Shown here piece after piece: positions 10,544-22,600 of a DNA stretch of 64,000 nucleotides; within the stretch, counting starts at the first letter, position 1; the number at the start of each line of letters is the position of its first letter. The notes beneath the pieces are model-generated. The model saw nothing but the letters and a program-made list of their open reading frames with translations, had not been told where the DNA came from and made no database searches. The stretch covers positions 186,001-250,000 of the forward strand of contig NW_020845854.1 of the NCBI RefSeq assembly GCF_003704095.1, read 5' to 3'. The position numbers and the translations under genes are program-made. This stretch comes from Pocillopora damicornis. Lineage: Eukaryota.

Positions 10544-13500
10544 TCATTGCCCTTTCTGTGTAACCATGACAACAAATTCTGCGTGTCGAAAAAAAGAAAG
10601 ATCGTTTTCAGCATAGACAGAATAGATAGATCAGGTTATTTCACTTGGACGAAACGTTAAGTCGTAAATTTAGTTTACAAGTTTTGCGCGAAACAAAAGA
10701 TAATAACTGTCGGTGATGTACACTGCTAATGCTAGAGCGGCGTTTGATAATGAAAGGGAAAGATCACTTGAATCCTCCAGGGTGTGTTTCGACTGAGTTG
10801 GGTAATTCCAACACCGAAGCAATCAAAACGGCCAATCGAATGAAGAATGATACCCTAAAGATCCCCTGAGAGACGCAGGTAAAAACGAGGAAACTGGCTG
10901 AAACGCGAGAAAAAGGATGAGACGAAGTCACGATGTTTTTCAGTGTTGTATCTGATTGTTCAGGTGGCTGGCGATAGTCTCATGGACCAATAATGGGGTG
11001 GGGTACAGCAAGAACGAGGAATCCTAGTTTAAATTCAAGATTATGTTAAAAAATTGCTTTAAAAGCGCGGGAAGTAATTGAAAAGGTAGAGACCTGGGAA
11101 AGAGGTTGACTAAAAGTTCGGCCCAAGTCCCGCTCTCATTCAAGAAGTACCTGCATAACTGACTTTTCCATCGCTATCCGTATCAGCCTCCTTGATCATG
11201 TCATCGATTTCTTTCTTTGAGTAGGTTTTGCCGCCAAACGTTTTCATCACCAGTCCCAGCTCGTCACTTGTTATGAAGCCATCTCCATTTGTGTCAAACT
11301 TCTTGAAGTAATACTTGAGGTCGTCACCAGTCATCGGTTCTCCAATTTGGCTGGCCATCATGTCCTCAAACTCACTATATTCTACTTTACCATTGCCTAA
11401 AGGAGAAATGGAAAACAAAGATAAGAACATTACAAATCAGATCATACCGCGGTCAAAGGCAAAGTCTGTGTTCAAGCTTAGCCCACCTAATCGGAGCTTT
11501 TCCCGGTCTCCTTGGCATGAAGCGACTAGGAGTGTTACTACTCCCCCCTGGATGCTAGTCCATCGCAAGATTACCCTCAGTATTTCATCAGGCTTCCCTA
11601 AAAACTCACCATCCGACTTTAACATTTGCCTCAAAAAAAGTTTAGGATTCAGGTTACAACTGAGATCGTAATATTCTCGAATAGCACACTTTTTTTTTAT
11701 CCCAGGTTTTAGACATTTATACACGTTTCTTCCTCCTTCCTTTTAAAAACTAGGAAGAGAATAATTTTTGTACCATTGCGATCCACTGCTTTGATCATGT
11801 CTTTAATTTCCTCGACTGACATCTCCTGTCCAGCTTGCTTCATGGCTTCGCCTAACTCTTCCACCGAGATATGCCCGTCATTGTTTTTGTCGAACAGCTT
11901 GAAGGCTGCCTCTATTTCTTGAAGGAAAGAAAGGTTAATGAATATCACGAAATTAGCTAGGAGATATAGGTTGTGGAAGAGTGTATTGGAAGAGTGTATT
12001 GTAGACTAATAGGAAGGACATAAAAACACTAATCCTGGGTTGAGTTGAGGTTCGGGCCTACTTAAAGCTTTTAACCGCACCTTTGTTGTTACAGTTTACA
12101 AATATTTTTCGGGAATAAATATAATAGTGGTGTAGGCATTAGGGTCACCATAGATAAGCCCTTAAGCCAAAAGAATGCCGGGTAGAGCATCTCTCAGGCT
12201 TCTCCACTGACTAACCGCGGGCTCTAAATTCTAAATTGCGAGTGATTCTAAATCTCTCTTTTCCTTATTATTACATTTCTGCAACTCTTACCTTCACGCT
12301 GGGCTTCAGTCAATCGTTGAGCCTGTCATTTAAAAGAAGCAGATTTCATTTTTTCACATTCACATGTTTTTGTCAGAGAATCTCTCTCACTAAAGCGGCT
12401 ATTAATTATAGAGAATCCGACCACCTGCTATTGGGAGTACTACAATATTAAAAGGTTTTCAACAACTTTAGCTACTTCATTCTGTAACAATTTAGATACA
12501 GCAGCTGGTAATTGATCTGTTTGATGGAAATGACTCCACCAGTGCCTTGATATTGCATCGTTAAATGAATTCTTCGCGTTTCGTTCGAGAAAGCCATTTG
12601 TATTTTGTTCCGTCTCCGCTGTGAGCCTGAATAAAGCTGAATTAAGGTATCAAAATATGTATTTGTTTAGTTTGATGACTCAACCTGCGTCCTTTCAAGA
12701 CCACCTAGGCCTTTTCGTCGCATTTGAAGTCTAATACTTTGTTATTAAGAGATGAAAATATATTTTAGAAAATGTTTCGCCAGGTTTTCTCAAGTTAAAA
12801 GTATTTTGTTATGATCTTGGAAACTTTTTTATGCCCTAAGAACGACATTTTAACTCGAAGTCTGAAAATCGTTTTCTGTGTATTGGTTTTGAATATTTTT
12901 AATGATTTACTTAAAAAAAGGCAAGGCGCTGAAAAACGAGTGATAATGAAGAAGATTTAATTTGTTTCCCCGGGCCTGCGGGAAATACAATATGGTCACC
13001 AACTTTAATTATTAAGCAAGGGTATAGCGAAATATGTTTTCCATGTTTTTTTTAATTCCTTTTCATCTCGGATTGATGAAAATGCTGTGGAGCCCAAAAC
13101 AGCGCGAATCACCGGAAATGGACTTCCGCGTCCGTCAGTATTTTAAAAATTTGAAATTAAAAAAATTAAGCCTCTTTTAAGTTAAAACCCTAGATTATTC
13201 TGGGGTAAATTTACTTTGAAAATTATGTTTTATGGGTTTCTAGCCTAATTCGTCATGCTTCAATACCAACTGAAGATGTAAAGCCAATTGTGTGATACAA
13301 TTTTCGGAGAATTTTGGCGATAAATACATGGCCGCCATCTCTAACGCTTTCTGTTTTTAGCAATGAATTATGGAAAAGGATACAGGTATTATGGACGGTC
13401 TCTTTCATTCATATGTCAAGACGGGTTTGTTTTTTCGTTGTATAGACTCAATCCACCGATAAAATCATACAAGGTAAACGAAGTGGGCGTGATCTAAAAT

Positions 13501-14020
13501 TTAAGAAGTAACATATCTTACACCGCTCCCTAATGCAAAATTTGCCAGTTTCCAAGACATTTAATCGGTATAACTACAATTTAATTCAGCGCGCTGTAGT
13601 CGCGATCACGATTTTGAACTTGAAATATTTTTTGGATGTTTGTTGGTGGTTTTCCCACAACTAGACGATTTGAAACAGACACTCCCACTCGAGCGAGCAT
13701 CAGCGATGCCTAATAGCCACAGATGAAGTTATATTATTGAGTGTTTTCAATTTCACGATGACATACTGCGAATCTTCGTTTTCTTATCCTTGTCTTTTTG
13801 TTTCATGTAATCAGCGACTGCTGTATGAAGCGCAAACAAGCGAAGACGCAGCGGTACTACATTTTAAACTTGAACGTAAGTGAGTGGAACATCATCGAGG
13901 CCGCCGATGGTGAACTTAGCCTGGATCCGGAGTTAGTAGATTTATAAGAAGCATAAATAGCGTACATTTAAAAAATGACATCTATCTATACAATTTCTTT
14001 CCTTTAAGGCGACTTACCAT
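10544..14020 (-). CDS. Calmodulin-like protein with four EF hands (152 aa), diverged from canonical calmodulin
   Basis: Exons (minus) 14020-14018 (ATG only, then GTAAGT), 12322-12292 (31 nt), 11917-11774 (144 nt), 11396-11151, 10578-10544. Loops DKNNDGHISVEE, DRNGNGKVEYSE, DTNGDGFITSDE, DTDSDGKVSYAE; N-terminus MAQRLTEAQREEIEAAFKLFD; C-terminus EFVVMVTQKGQ*. Confidence 0.92.
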
Positions 14021-14155
14021 TTTGACAGGAGAGTGTAAACCTGTTCTTGATGAAAGGAGATGGGTAGGAAATTGATCGGATATTCTTTGCTTCGACTTTG
14101 ATGCACTCCGCAGTAAAAGACAGCCCCGAATAAATAATCTCGGCCTAGCTGGGTA

Positions 14156-14162
14156 TTTTATA
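14156..14162 (-). promoter_or_regulatory. Putative TATA box of the calmodulin-like gene
   Basis: TATAAAA on the minus strand about 136 nt upstream of the ATG at 14020. Confidence 0.5.
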
Positions 14163-16486
14163 ACAAATTATGCGTGCGAACAAAAGGTTTCCTGCCAACG
14201 AAAAGTGTTAGGAATATGCATAAATTTCACCTGTGTAACGCGCACATCTGTCATTTGGAACCAATCTTTGGAAACGCAAATAAATGATAGCGAAAAATCC
14301 TTATTAATCCCGAGAGATCTTGTCAAGTTTAATTAATAAGACTGTTGTAGATGCCAGTTCGCATAGCCAAAATAACAGGTATACATGTTCCAAATGTAAA
14401 CCAGCGGATAATCATAAGTAACAATATTGCGTCTGTCGATGCGACAGAAAAGATTTTGAGCAAAGGCTGAAGACGTTTGCGTGCATTCTTTGTTTTCAAG
14501 AACTGTCACTCAAGTAGAAAGAAACTTTTCTGTCTGTTGCATAAATTGGCCAAGATATAACATGAATTATTTAACCACATACGCGACTACAAAACACCCA
14601 AGTCAGAATAAAAGGTAGCATACTTAAGACTAAGGTGTACACTCTTGGGAAGTTCTTGGAAGAAAATTCGATGAGCCTCAGTTTTTAGACAAAACTGATT
14701 TTAATTCTTATTGGGTTATGGGCGATACACAATCGACATTTCTTAGCGGATCGCCTACTTCACTCTTCATATTTTTATTTCCGCCCTAAAAAGATCTGTC
14801 AGTATGCAAATCATCGCTAATCTTTTTGGCAGATCACCTGATGTTGTTGTTCAAAGGATGTATTTAGAGCTACATTTTAAGTAGAGTAGAATTGCAATAC
14901 CGTACCGCGAATGCCAACCGACGCTTCCAATTTCTCGGTCAGGCTAAAACTGCTATCCGCGAAGCAAATGAAATTTTAGTTTCATTAAAATCTTGAACAT
15001 CCAGTGTCTGACATGATTGCTGCCTGAAAACAGTGATAGTTCTTTGGCAGATTTATTTAAAATTATAAATATTTCACATCTTACTGTCAATGGTGCTGAA
15101 AAATTAACATAGCACAACTAAAATAATTGTGTCATTGTTTCCCGTTTTAAAATTTTCAGCATAAATTTTTTAAAAGAGGACTAAGTGTTCTTTGTTGATG
15201 AAACTACCGTACTTGTAAGCTACTTGTATCAATTGATCATTTTCTCGGCTCTTTGTTAAGTTGTGATGGGAACCTTTCATTTACATTTGACGACCTACCA
15301 ATCGCCTATGGTCAATGTTTTGGCCGTCGAAATATGTAGTGCATAATTTAAGTTTTAGCCAGAGAATATCAATGTAGGCAGCTGTTATCAAGATTTTTTG
15401 CCTTTTTATCTTTCTGCAAACAAAGTAATTTAGTACTATTGCCCACAATCTAGGTTGACAGCAGAGTTTTATAAGAATCATCGTGATAAAGTGTGATTAG
15501 CAAATATTTGCATAATACGAAATGAGATGTTTCAGTGTAAACAAATGAACAATGTGTCAATAACCTACCCAACACAATCTTGGCAATGTGTCAAATAATC
15601 GGATAATTATGCTTTCGATGCTCAGCTCGGAAATAAGAGAAAATTAAAATGCTAGGAGCATTTTTTTAAAATTTTTTTTTTGTGCAAACACTTTAGTCCT
15701 TGATTTAAGTGAATGAGTCAAGCATTCCAAGTTGTTCGACAGGCGGGGTATGGCAATACATATAAGGAGAAACAACGCACCGCAAGGTATACCAGTATCT
15801 TGAGGAAGGGGTTATAAGGACAGAAATCTTGGAAATCGAGAATACAGGGCTACGAAAAGGCTGTAGGCGGAAGATAAATTCAAAGATGCAAAAATTTGTT
15901 TACCTTTAATCAGCACACAGCAGCGTTGTGTGATGCAAGGCGGGAGACAGGAGAGTAGGTCATGGAAGGAGAAAAATTACACGCCTTTGTCCACCCCTTC
16001 CCCACCTTTCTGCCATAAGACCGTGATTGTAGCCGAAAATTTTTGAAACGTTCTATCTAATTTTTTCATGATGCAAACGTACGATCACAACACGCGGTTT
16101 CAATCAGAAAGTAAGTGTGTTTTCCAAGATCATTTTAGGGTCTCCTCGGCTGAAGATTCAAAATAGCTCATGAATCAAGCTTTCCGGAAAAAAAAATGGT
16201 TACTTCTGTACTCGCGTCTAATTAGTTGCGGGAGAAAAAACATCTAAAACGCCCAAAAAATTCACAAGAAAGTGCTAAATAGTCCAAAACACAGATGCCT
16301 CGTTCGTTAGTATATGCGTCATATACGGTGTCAGCATTGGCAAGAAATCATCAATCTTGGGGTAATAGAGTGGCCATGTTGGCTAAATAGCCTGATTGCA
16401 GACTACTATATTTCAGTTGAGTACAAGTTAGATTACTGTTTAAATTATTTCCGCCTGACGTTCTCCATCATCAGCTCCACCAGCCC

Positions 16487-16560
16487 TGCAATGCAGTATG
16501 GGCTTGATAATTTGCACGTGCGCAATGGTGGTATTGAATATCAACATGGCGGACGGAAGA
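16487..16560 (+). promoter_or_regulatory. TRAPPC8 proximal promoter region
   Basis: ZNF143/Staf-like CCCATACTGCATTGCA on the minus strand (about 16487-16502), E-box CACGTG 16515-16520, YY1-like CAACATGGCGG at 16542-16552. Confidence 0.5.
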
Positions 16561-16668
16561 CGGGTCATCTTGATGGTTTCAACCTTTCGAAGACTCCTTC
16601 AAAATGCAGTAAATTCCAGATTTTAGGAGAAGAACTTATTTTTTAAGCTCAGTATTCTTCTCCTGGCG

Positions 16669-19600
16669 ATGGCACAGTGCACGCAAAGTGCTTTTGAGTT
16701 TATACAAAGCGCTTTTTGCCCTATGGTTGCCGTTATGTGCAGTGAAGATGCCGAGAAAGTCTCTCAGAAGAACAACTTGAGTTTTGTGGAAATGGTTCGT
16801 CCATTCTGCCATCTTACAAGTGAAGGTAATAAAATAAGGATAATTATATGCTCTACCTTATCAGATTACCGTTCGACTTAACTATTACAAATGTATGAGA
16901 TTGATTTTATTACAAATTTTTCAGTTTAGATTATACAGGATTGTGGTAGGCGGGTGTACATTTACGTAGCGTAGACGGAAGCAATTTAAATATGGAGAGT
17001 TACACTGTAAAAGTTCTATTGATCAGAAACAAGAAAAATATTCTTATTTCAATGATTAACCAACAATTTTTTGACGGTTAGAGAGTGATTTGATGGAGTA
17101 ATTAAATCGCTTGTTAAACGTACAACTAAATACGAACTAAACATCTGTTTGATCTGTCAATTAAAACAAAACTGCACAACAAGTAAAACCGATAAGAATC
17201 TCGGATTTTTTTTTGGTAAAATTTCCGCACAGCCCCGTACCACATTATGTATTCAGTTCTTGAATAGAGAAAACAATGACCAAAACAATACATTGCCATT
17301 GGGAAAACAGATTTGTTATACAATAGTATGGGGCTGAGCGGAAACTTTACCGCAAAAACAATTTCCTTCAGAAAAAAATTGTGCAAGATAAAAATTTGGG
17401 AAAATTTATGACCCCTAGTCAAATGAAAACATGGCAAGAGAGGCAGTTATCAAAAAGAGTTCGCTCAGTGTGATTACATTTGAACTAAATGCAGTGATGT
17501 TGTCCTCTATGTTTTTCATCTTTGCTGCACAGGCTGTCATGAGTGCCATGTACATTCAAAATAGAGATTTTCCAGTACATTATTGGCAAGAGCCAAATAT
17601 CTTCTCCTCTGGCCTGGCCCCACTCAGTTTATTATTATTTTAAGCCTTTAAGTCCCAAGACCCAAGTAGTATTTCTCCCTTCTAACTGCTAGACAGTCTC
17701 TTGTAAATTACACAGGGGAATTTGGCTCCATAACAACATACCACTCTTTTGCTGATAAGCTTTTCTATTCTCCTTACCTGTATGTTATGTAACATATTTG
17801 AATTGTAAGGAGAAGTTACAAGTCAATCACCTCTGGGCTTGAAATGGTTGACAAATGGCTGCTGCTCTTTCTCTTTTTTTTGTTTTGCTTTCTTCTTGCA
17901 TTGACATCTTGTGGGACCTTGTGGAAGGCTTTACAGCTTTTTACAGGTCCTCTCAGGTATTTGTATATGGGCATTACACATATAATGTTTTTCGTTTAAT
18001 CTAGGACACGTATGCCAGATATTAGTATTAATTGATTATTAAATATTTTAATAGTGGATTAGTGGTATGTTGATTCCCAAAGGTGAACAAATTAATTTAA
18101 TCACAGATTAGTGATAATCATGTATTACCTGATGTTTTTTACATTTAGCTCATATGAGAGATCCCTCTGGTGTGATCCATCCAGTGAAAAACTGGCATAT
18201 CCGACTAGTTGAAATGTCTGCCACTCACCCACCTCAGCATGTTGTGAACAAATTGTTGAGTGAAGTTGTATCACGGACACAGCCATTAAACAATGATCCT
18301 AGCTCCCTGACTCCTGATGCTCAGGCAAGAGGTGAGTTTTGTGTCATTGTTTTGCAATAATTTATCAAATTTCACTCCTTTGGTCTGAAATTTTCAACAA
18401 GGGATAATCATTCACTACTTAGCAGTATATTCAAAAGAATTTGGTCATGTACCACAGCTGGGTTGTTCAAAGCTGGGTCAAGGTAACCCAGGATTAGTGT
18501 GAAATCTGATTTTAGATCTGAAAGCTTTGAAAGAAAATTCAATATAACTCTTTTTTTTCACAATTTAATGATTGAATGCTCTTAAAAGAGTAGAGAAAAT
18601 TATCCCAAAAAAGGCTTTAGAACATAGGAATAAAGAAATGTGGACTTGATTTAAGCCTGGATTGGCACCAGTCAGTCTTCAAACGACTGGGCCCAAAACA
18701 ATATCCCCCAGTGTGATGTCAAGCTCAATTCTCGTTAAATTAAATCTTTCCTGGGGCTTTGGGATATTAAAAAATTTTAGCTTTTGATGAAGTAGGTGAT
18801 GTATTTGTTATAATTCCCTGTTAGGTTCTGCACCTTGGTTTGAAGCTTTCCGAGACTGTTTTTTTCAGTTGGTGAAACCGTCTGATCATGAGTTTATCAG
18901 ACACTTTCTGGCTTGTATCCTTTCAAGGAAATGTTTTTGTTATATCTGTGGTATTGGCTAATGTGTTGATTATGTAGTTGGATTTTTGTCATTAATAAAT
19001 GCACAATGTATATAAGTATTTTTTGTGATTATCTGATTACAGTGCATGGTCTTTTCTGAGACGTCTGGTCATTACATCTGTATAAACGGCTGCAGTGTGT
19101 AAGCCGCTATGTACTCCCAGCCTCTTATAACAGTCATATCTGTGATAGTAAAAGTCTACTTCTTTTTTTATCTTAATTGAGGATAGAGATTAAAACACTT
19201 TTGCTGAAATTGCTGCCCAAAAAATACATATATTATAAATATGTGGAATTAATTAATTTTTTTTAATGTGAATTTCAATCTAGTAACCTGTTGTAGTGTA
19301 CACGTAGTAGTGTAGTGTAGTGTAGTGTTTTTTTGTACATAATTATATCCTTTTGCAATTGAAATTAATTTCCTTGATTGGTTATGCTACCAAAGGCCTG
19401 ATAGTTGTTTCTTCTCATCATCCTGATCCTATGAATGCTTTTGCAACCATGAGCTCACAGCAAATAGAACAACAATCTGACCAACATGGCCATTTCAAGT
19501 GGTTCACCAACACAGTGTTTAAATACCATCTTTTGTTACATGATGTTAGTGTTGGTGAAGAGTCAAAGTAAGAACTTCTTATTCTGGTTGTTCATTTTGT

Positions 19601-22600
19601 TTTTGAATTTGTATTATTTTGTTAAGATACATGTATCTTATTTGTGATCCTCTTTTCTATAGCAATACACTTTTTTCTAAATTGTTGAGGGAATTTGTTG
19701 TTGTATCAATATACACCACTGAAAAGTTGGTCTATGCTAATCACCATTTTGTTGGATAGAGCCAATTTCAGTTTCCAGGATTGCCTTGATTTAGCTTTTC
19801 TTCACAATGAGATTGGTCAAGTAAACATTTGTCATTTCCTCAACTGAAATTAAATTCAAAACTGAAAACAATAACCACTTCCTTGCTTCCATTTTCCCTT
19901 GCTAAGTCAGTTTGCTTGCTTATGCTTTGAAGTCTCATCCAATGCTTGTGATGTAATTGGCAGTTGCAGTTACTTTGGTTTTGGTTATATGACACTGAAT
20001 CCAGAAGCACTTTATTGTTGTGATTCTGTAGGAAGAAGTTACTTGCTGGCTAGTTCTGATCATTCGGTGATATATTATCTAAATAAAATCCCATAGTTGA
20101 TGATTTCTTTATTCACATTACCTGTGCGTGTTTGAAAGTGCCTTAACCATTTAACTCCCAATATCCAATAAGTACATTGTAATTCTCTCCACTGACTACC
20201 ATGAATTTCCAGCTTGTAAATTAGACAGGAGATTTTGGTGTTTTGTCAAGATAAAGCCTTGTTGTTGATTAACTTGTATTTCTTATAAACCGTTTTTAAG
20301 ACAATATATTGTGGGTGATCAAGGGTGAAAATTTTAAGAAAAATGTTATACTTCATATGCATTCACCCCTGGGTTTGAAAGGGTTAAACATGTCAAATGT
20401 TGTGCAAATTTGCTTTTATGAAAGCTTTTCAAAGCTGAGCACTCCATATTTTTAAGACAAGAGCCTTAAGGAACCCACTGATTTTTCCAAAGAGGACAGT
20501 TTCAGGTAATTACTAATCTTGCATTGTCTTTTGATGTTTCACAGGGCAGAATCAATTTACCAGAGTATGAAGTCTGTATATGGTACAAATGCCTGCCATA
20601 TGCTACAGATCAACTCTGTCAGTAATAGTGGTTCCAATCCTCTTCCAAACCTTCCTGATCCATGGAGTCAATTCATAATTCCAACTAGTGAGGACACATT
20701 GGTGAGCCTTTTGATGTTCTGTTCCTCACTTACACTGTCTGGCTGACATGTTTGTTTATACAGTATACTATTGCAGGTGGGAAATGTGGGTGAAAAACAG
20801 AGGAGGACAGACCCATGAAGCTTGAACAAGTATTCTCATTTCTCAGTCCAAACTAGAAACATTTAAAATGGTAAATTACTAAAAAGGGGGAAAAAAGTCA
20901 ATTACTAATCTTACTCCTTTCCAGACTTAAAATGCACCACTTGGTTGACATACTAAAGGAAACTAAAACACATGTCCAAGAATATAGAATTATTACGTGA
21001 TGCTGGGCAATGAAGCGTGATGAAATATGCCTTAGGCATATTGTTGTTGTAATAGTTAGGGTCAAACCACTGATTCTACTGGAATTTTTTTTTATGCAGT
21101 GAAGTCGTCTCGAGATATTTTCCATTCACCCACTATGATTTTATGTTATTGTTCAATGCAATTCCAATACCACATTTGTTGCATCATACCATCACAATTC
21201 ACTGATCTTACATGCTAACTGAATGGCAATTTCCCCTAGGACTGGGATGATGATGAAGTGGATGCCAATGCACAGTCTGTAGAAGATGATCCTGAGAATT
21301 GTGCTGTTGATGAAAACTTTGATCCCGAGGCAGCAGTCCATGAGCAGACTGATGGAGGACGGGTACGCAGCAGCTCAGGACCAATTCTGATTGATCCTTT
21401 GAGATTTGATGACAGTGCTGAGATTGAGGATGACTTGGAGAATGAAAAACTATCAAAACATCTTCCTGGCAAACATAGTGAGAAACACCATCATCATCTT
21501 GCCAGTCATTACCGTTACTTTTCCAGTCGGCAGTTCTCTGGTGGAACAAGAGGCCCAACAGCTCAAAGAAATCATGGATTGTGCTTGAGTCTGAGCGATC
21601 ATGACAGGATCAAGATATTCATTCATGAGTTGGGTTATAGAGGACTCCTCCAGTATATTGAGAAACTTATGAGATATCTTAATGATCAGGTAACATTTTA
21701 TTATTAGCTAATCAAAGACAATATTTTTATAGTGTAAATTCTCTACCACTGAGCTCTTGTCTTCATGCATCTCTCTTACCCTTCAACCCTTAGGAGCAGC
21801 TAGCATCTAATCTCTTTTTACACAGTTACTACTGAATCAAGAACAAAGGCTATAAGAATACAAGAAATGACCACCAAGTAAAGAAGCTCTTTAATATTAA
21901 ACAAATTCTTGTTGATATCAAAGGAAACAAAATTTCAATCAGATTTTTTAAGGGGCTAAGAGGAGATTTTGTTTGTTTTTGTCTGGTGCACCATTCTTAA
22001 TCTCATCAAGCCTAGGTACTCAGAATTCTCCCTTATTTTATGCATGACAGGTAAAATAAATTTTCAAACCGGTAAAGCAATCCTTTTACCTGTTGAATTT
22101 TCAAGAATTCCAAGCAATTTTAAATGGTAATAAGAGTTACTACAAGTGGTAAATGTTACTTGTTACTGCCTGAAAAGGAGAACACTGGGTACTTTAGTCA
22201 TTAGTTTTTTTTTCATTTTATATATATATATGTTACACACCCATAGTACCTTAATGGATAGGAAACACATGAAAAACAACTCTTTTCATTTTTTGTCCCT
22301 CTCTTATTTTCAAGGGAACAGTATCTCTATGGGAATTTTCTTATAATTTAAACTTTTTGTTTCATCTGATCAGATTGTCTCGCGTAAAGGTCTCCATCGC
22401 TCAATCTTCAGTGCAACAAAGAAGTGGTTTGGTGGAGGAAAACCAGCTGGAATGGCATCTGGTTTGGTTCCAGGAATCATGTAAGCATTTGTATTTATAC
22501 ATGTATGCATGTGTAACATGCAGTCAAATCTTGTCCAGTGAAACCCTGATCTTCTTTGAACAGAACTCATTAAATCCTCAGCCAAAACTTCTTACAGCTG

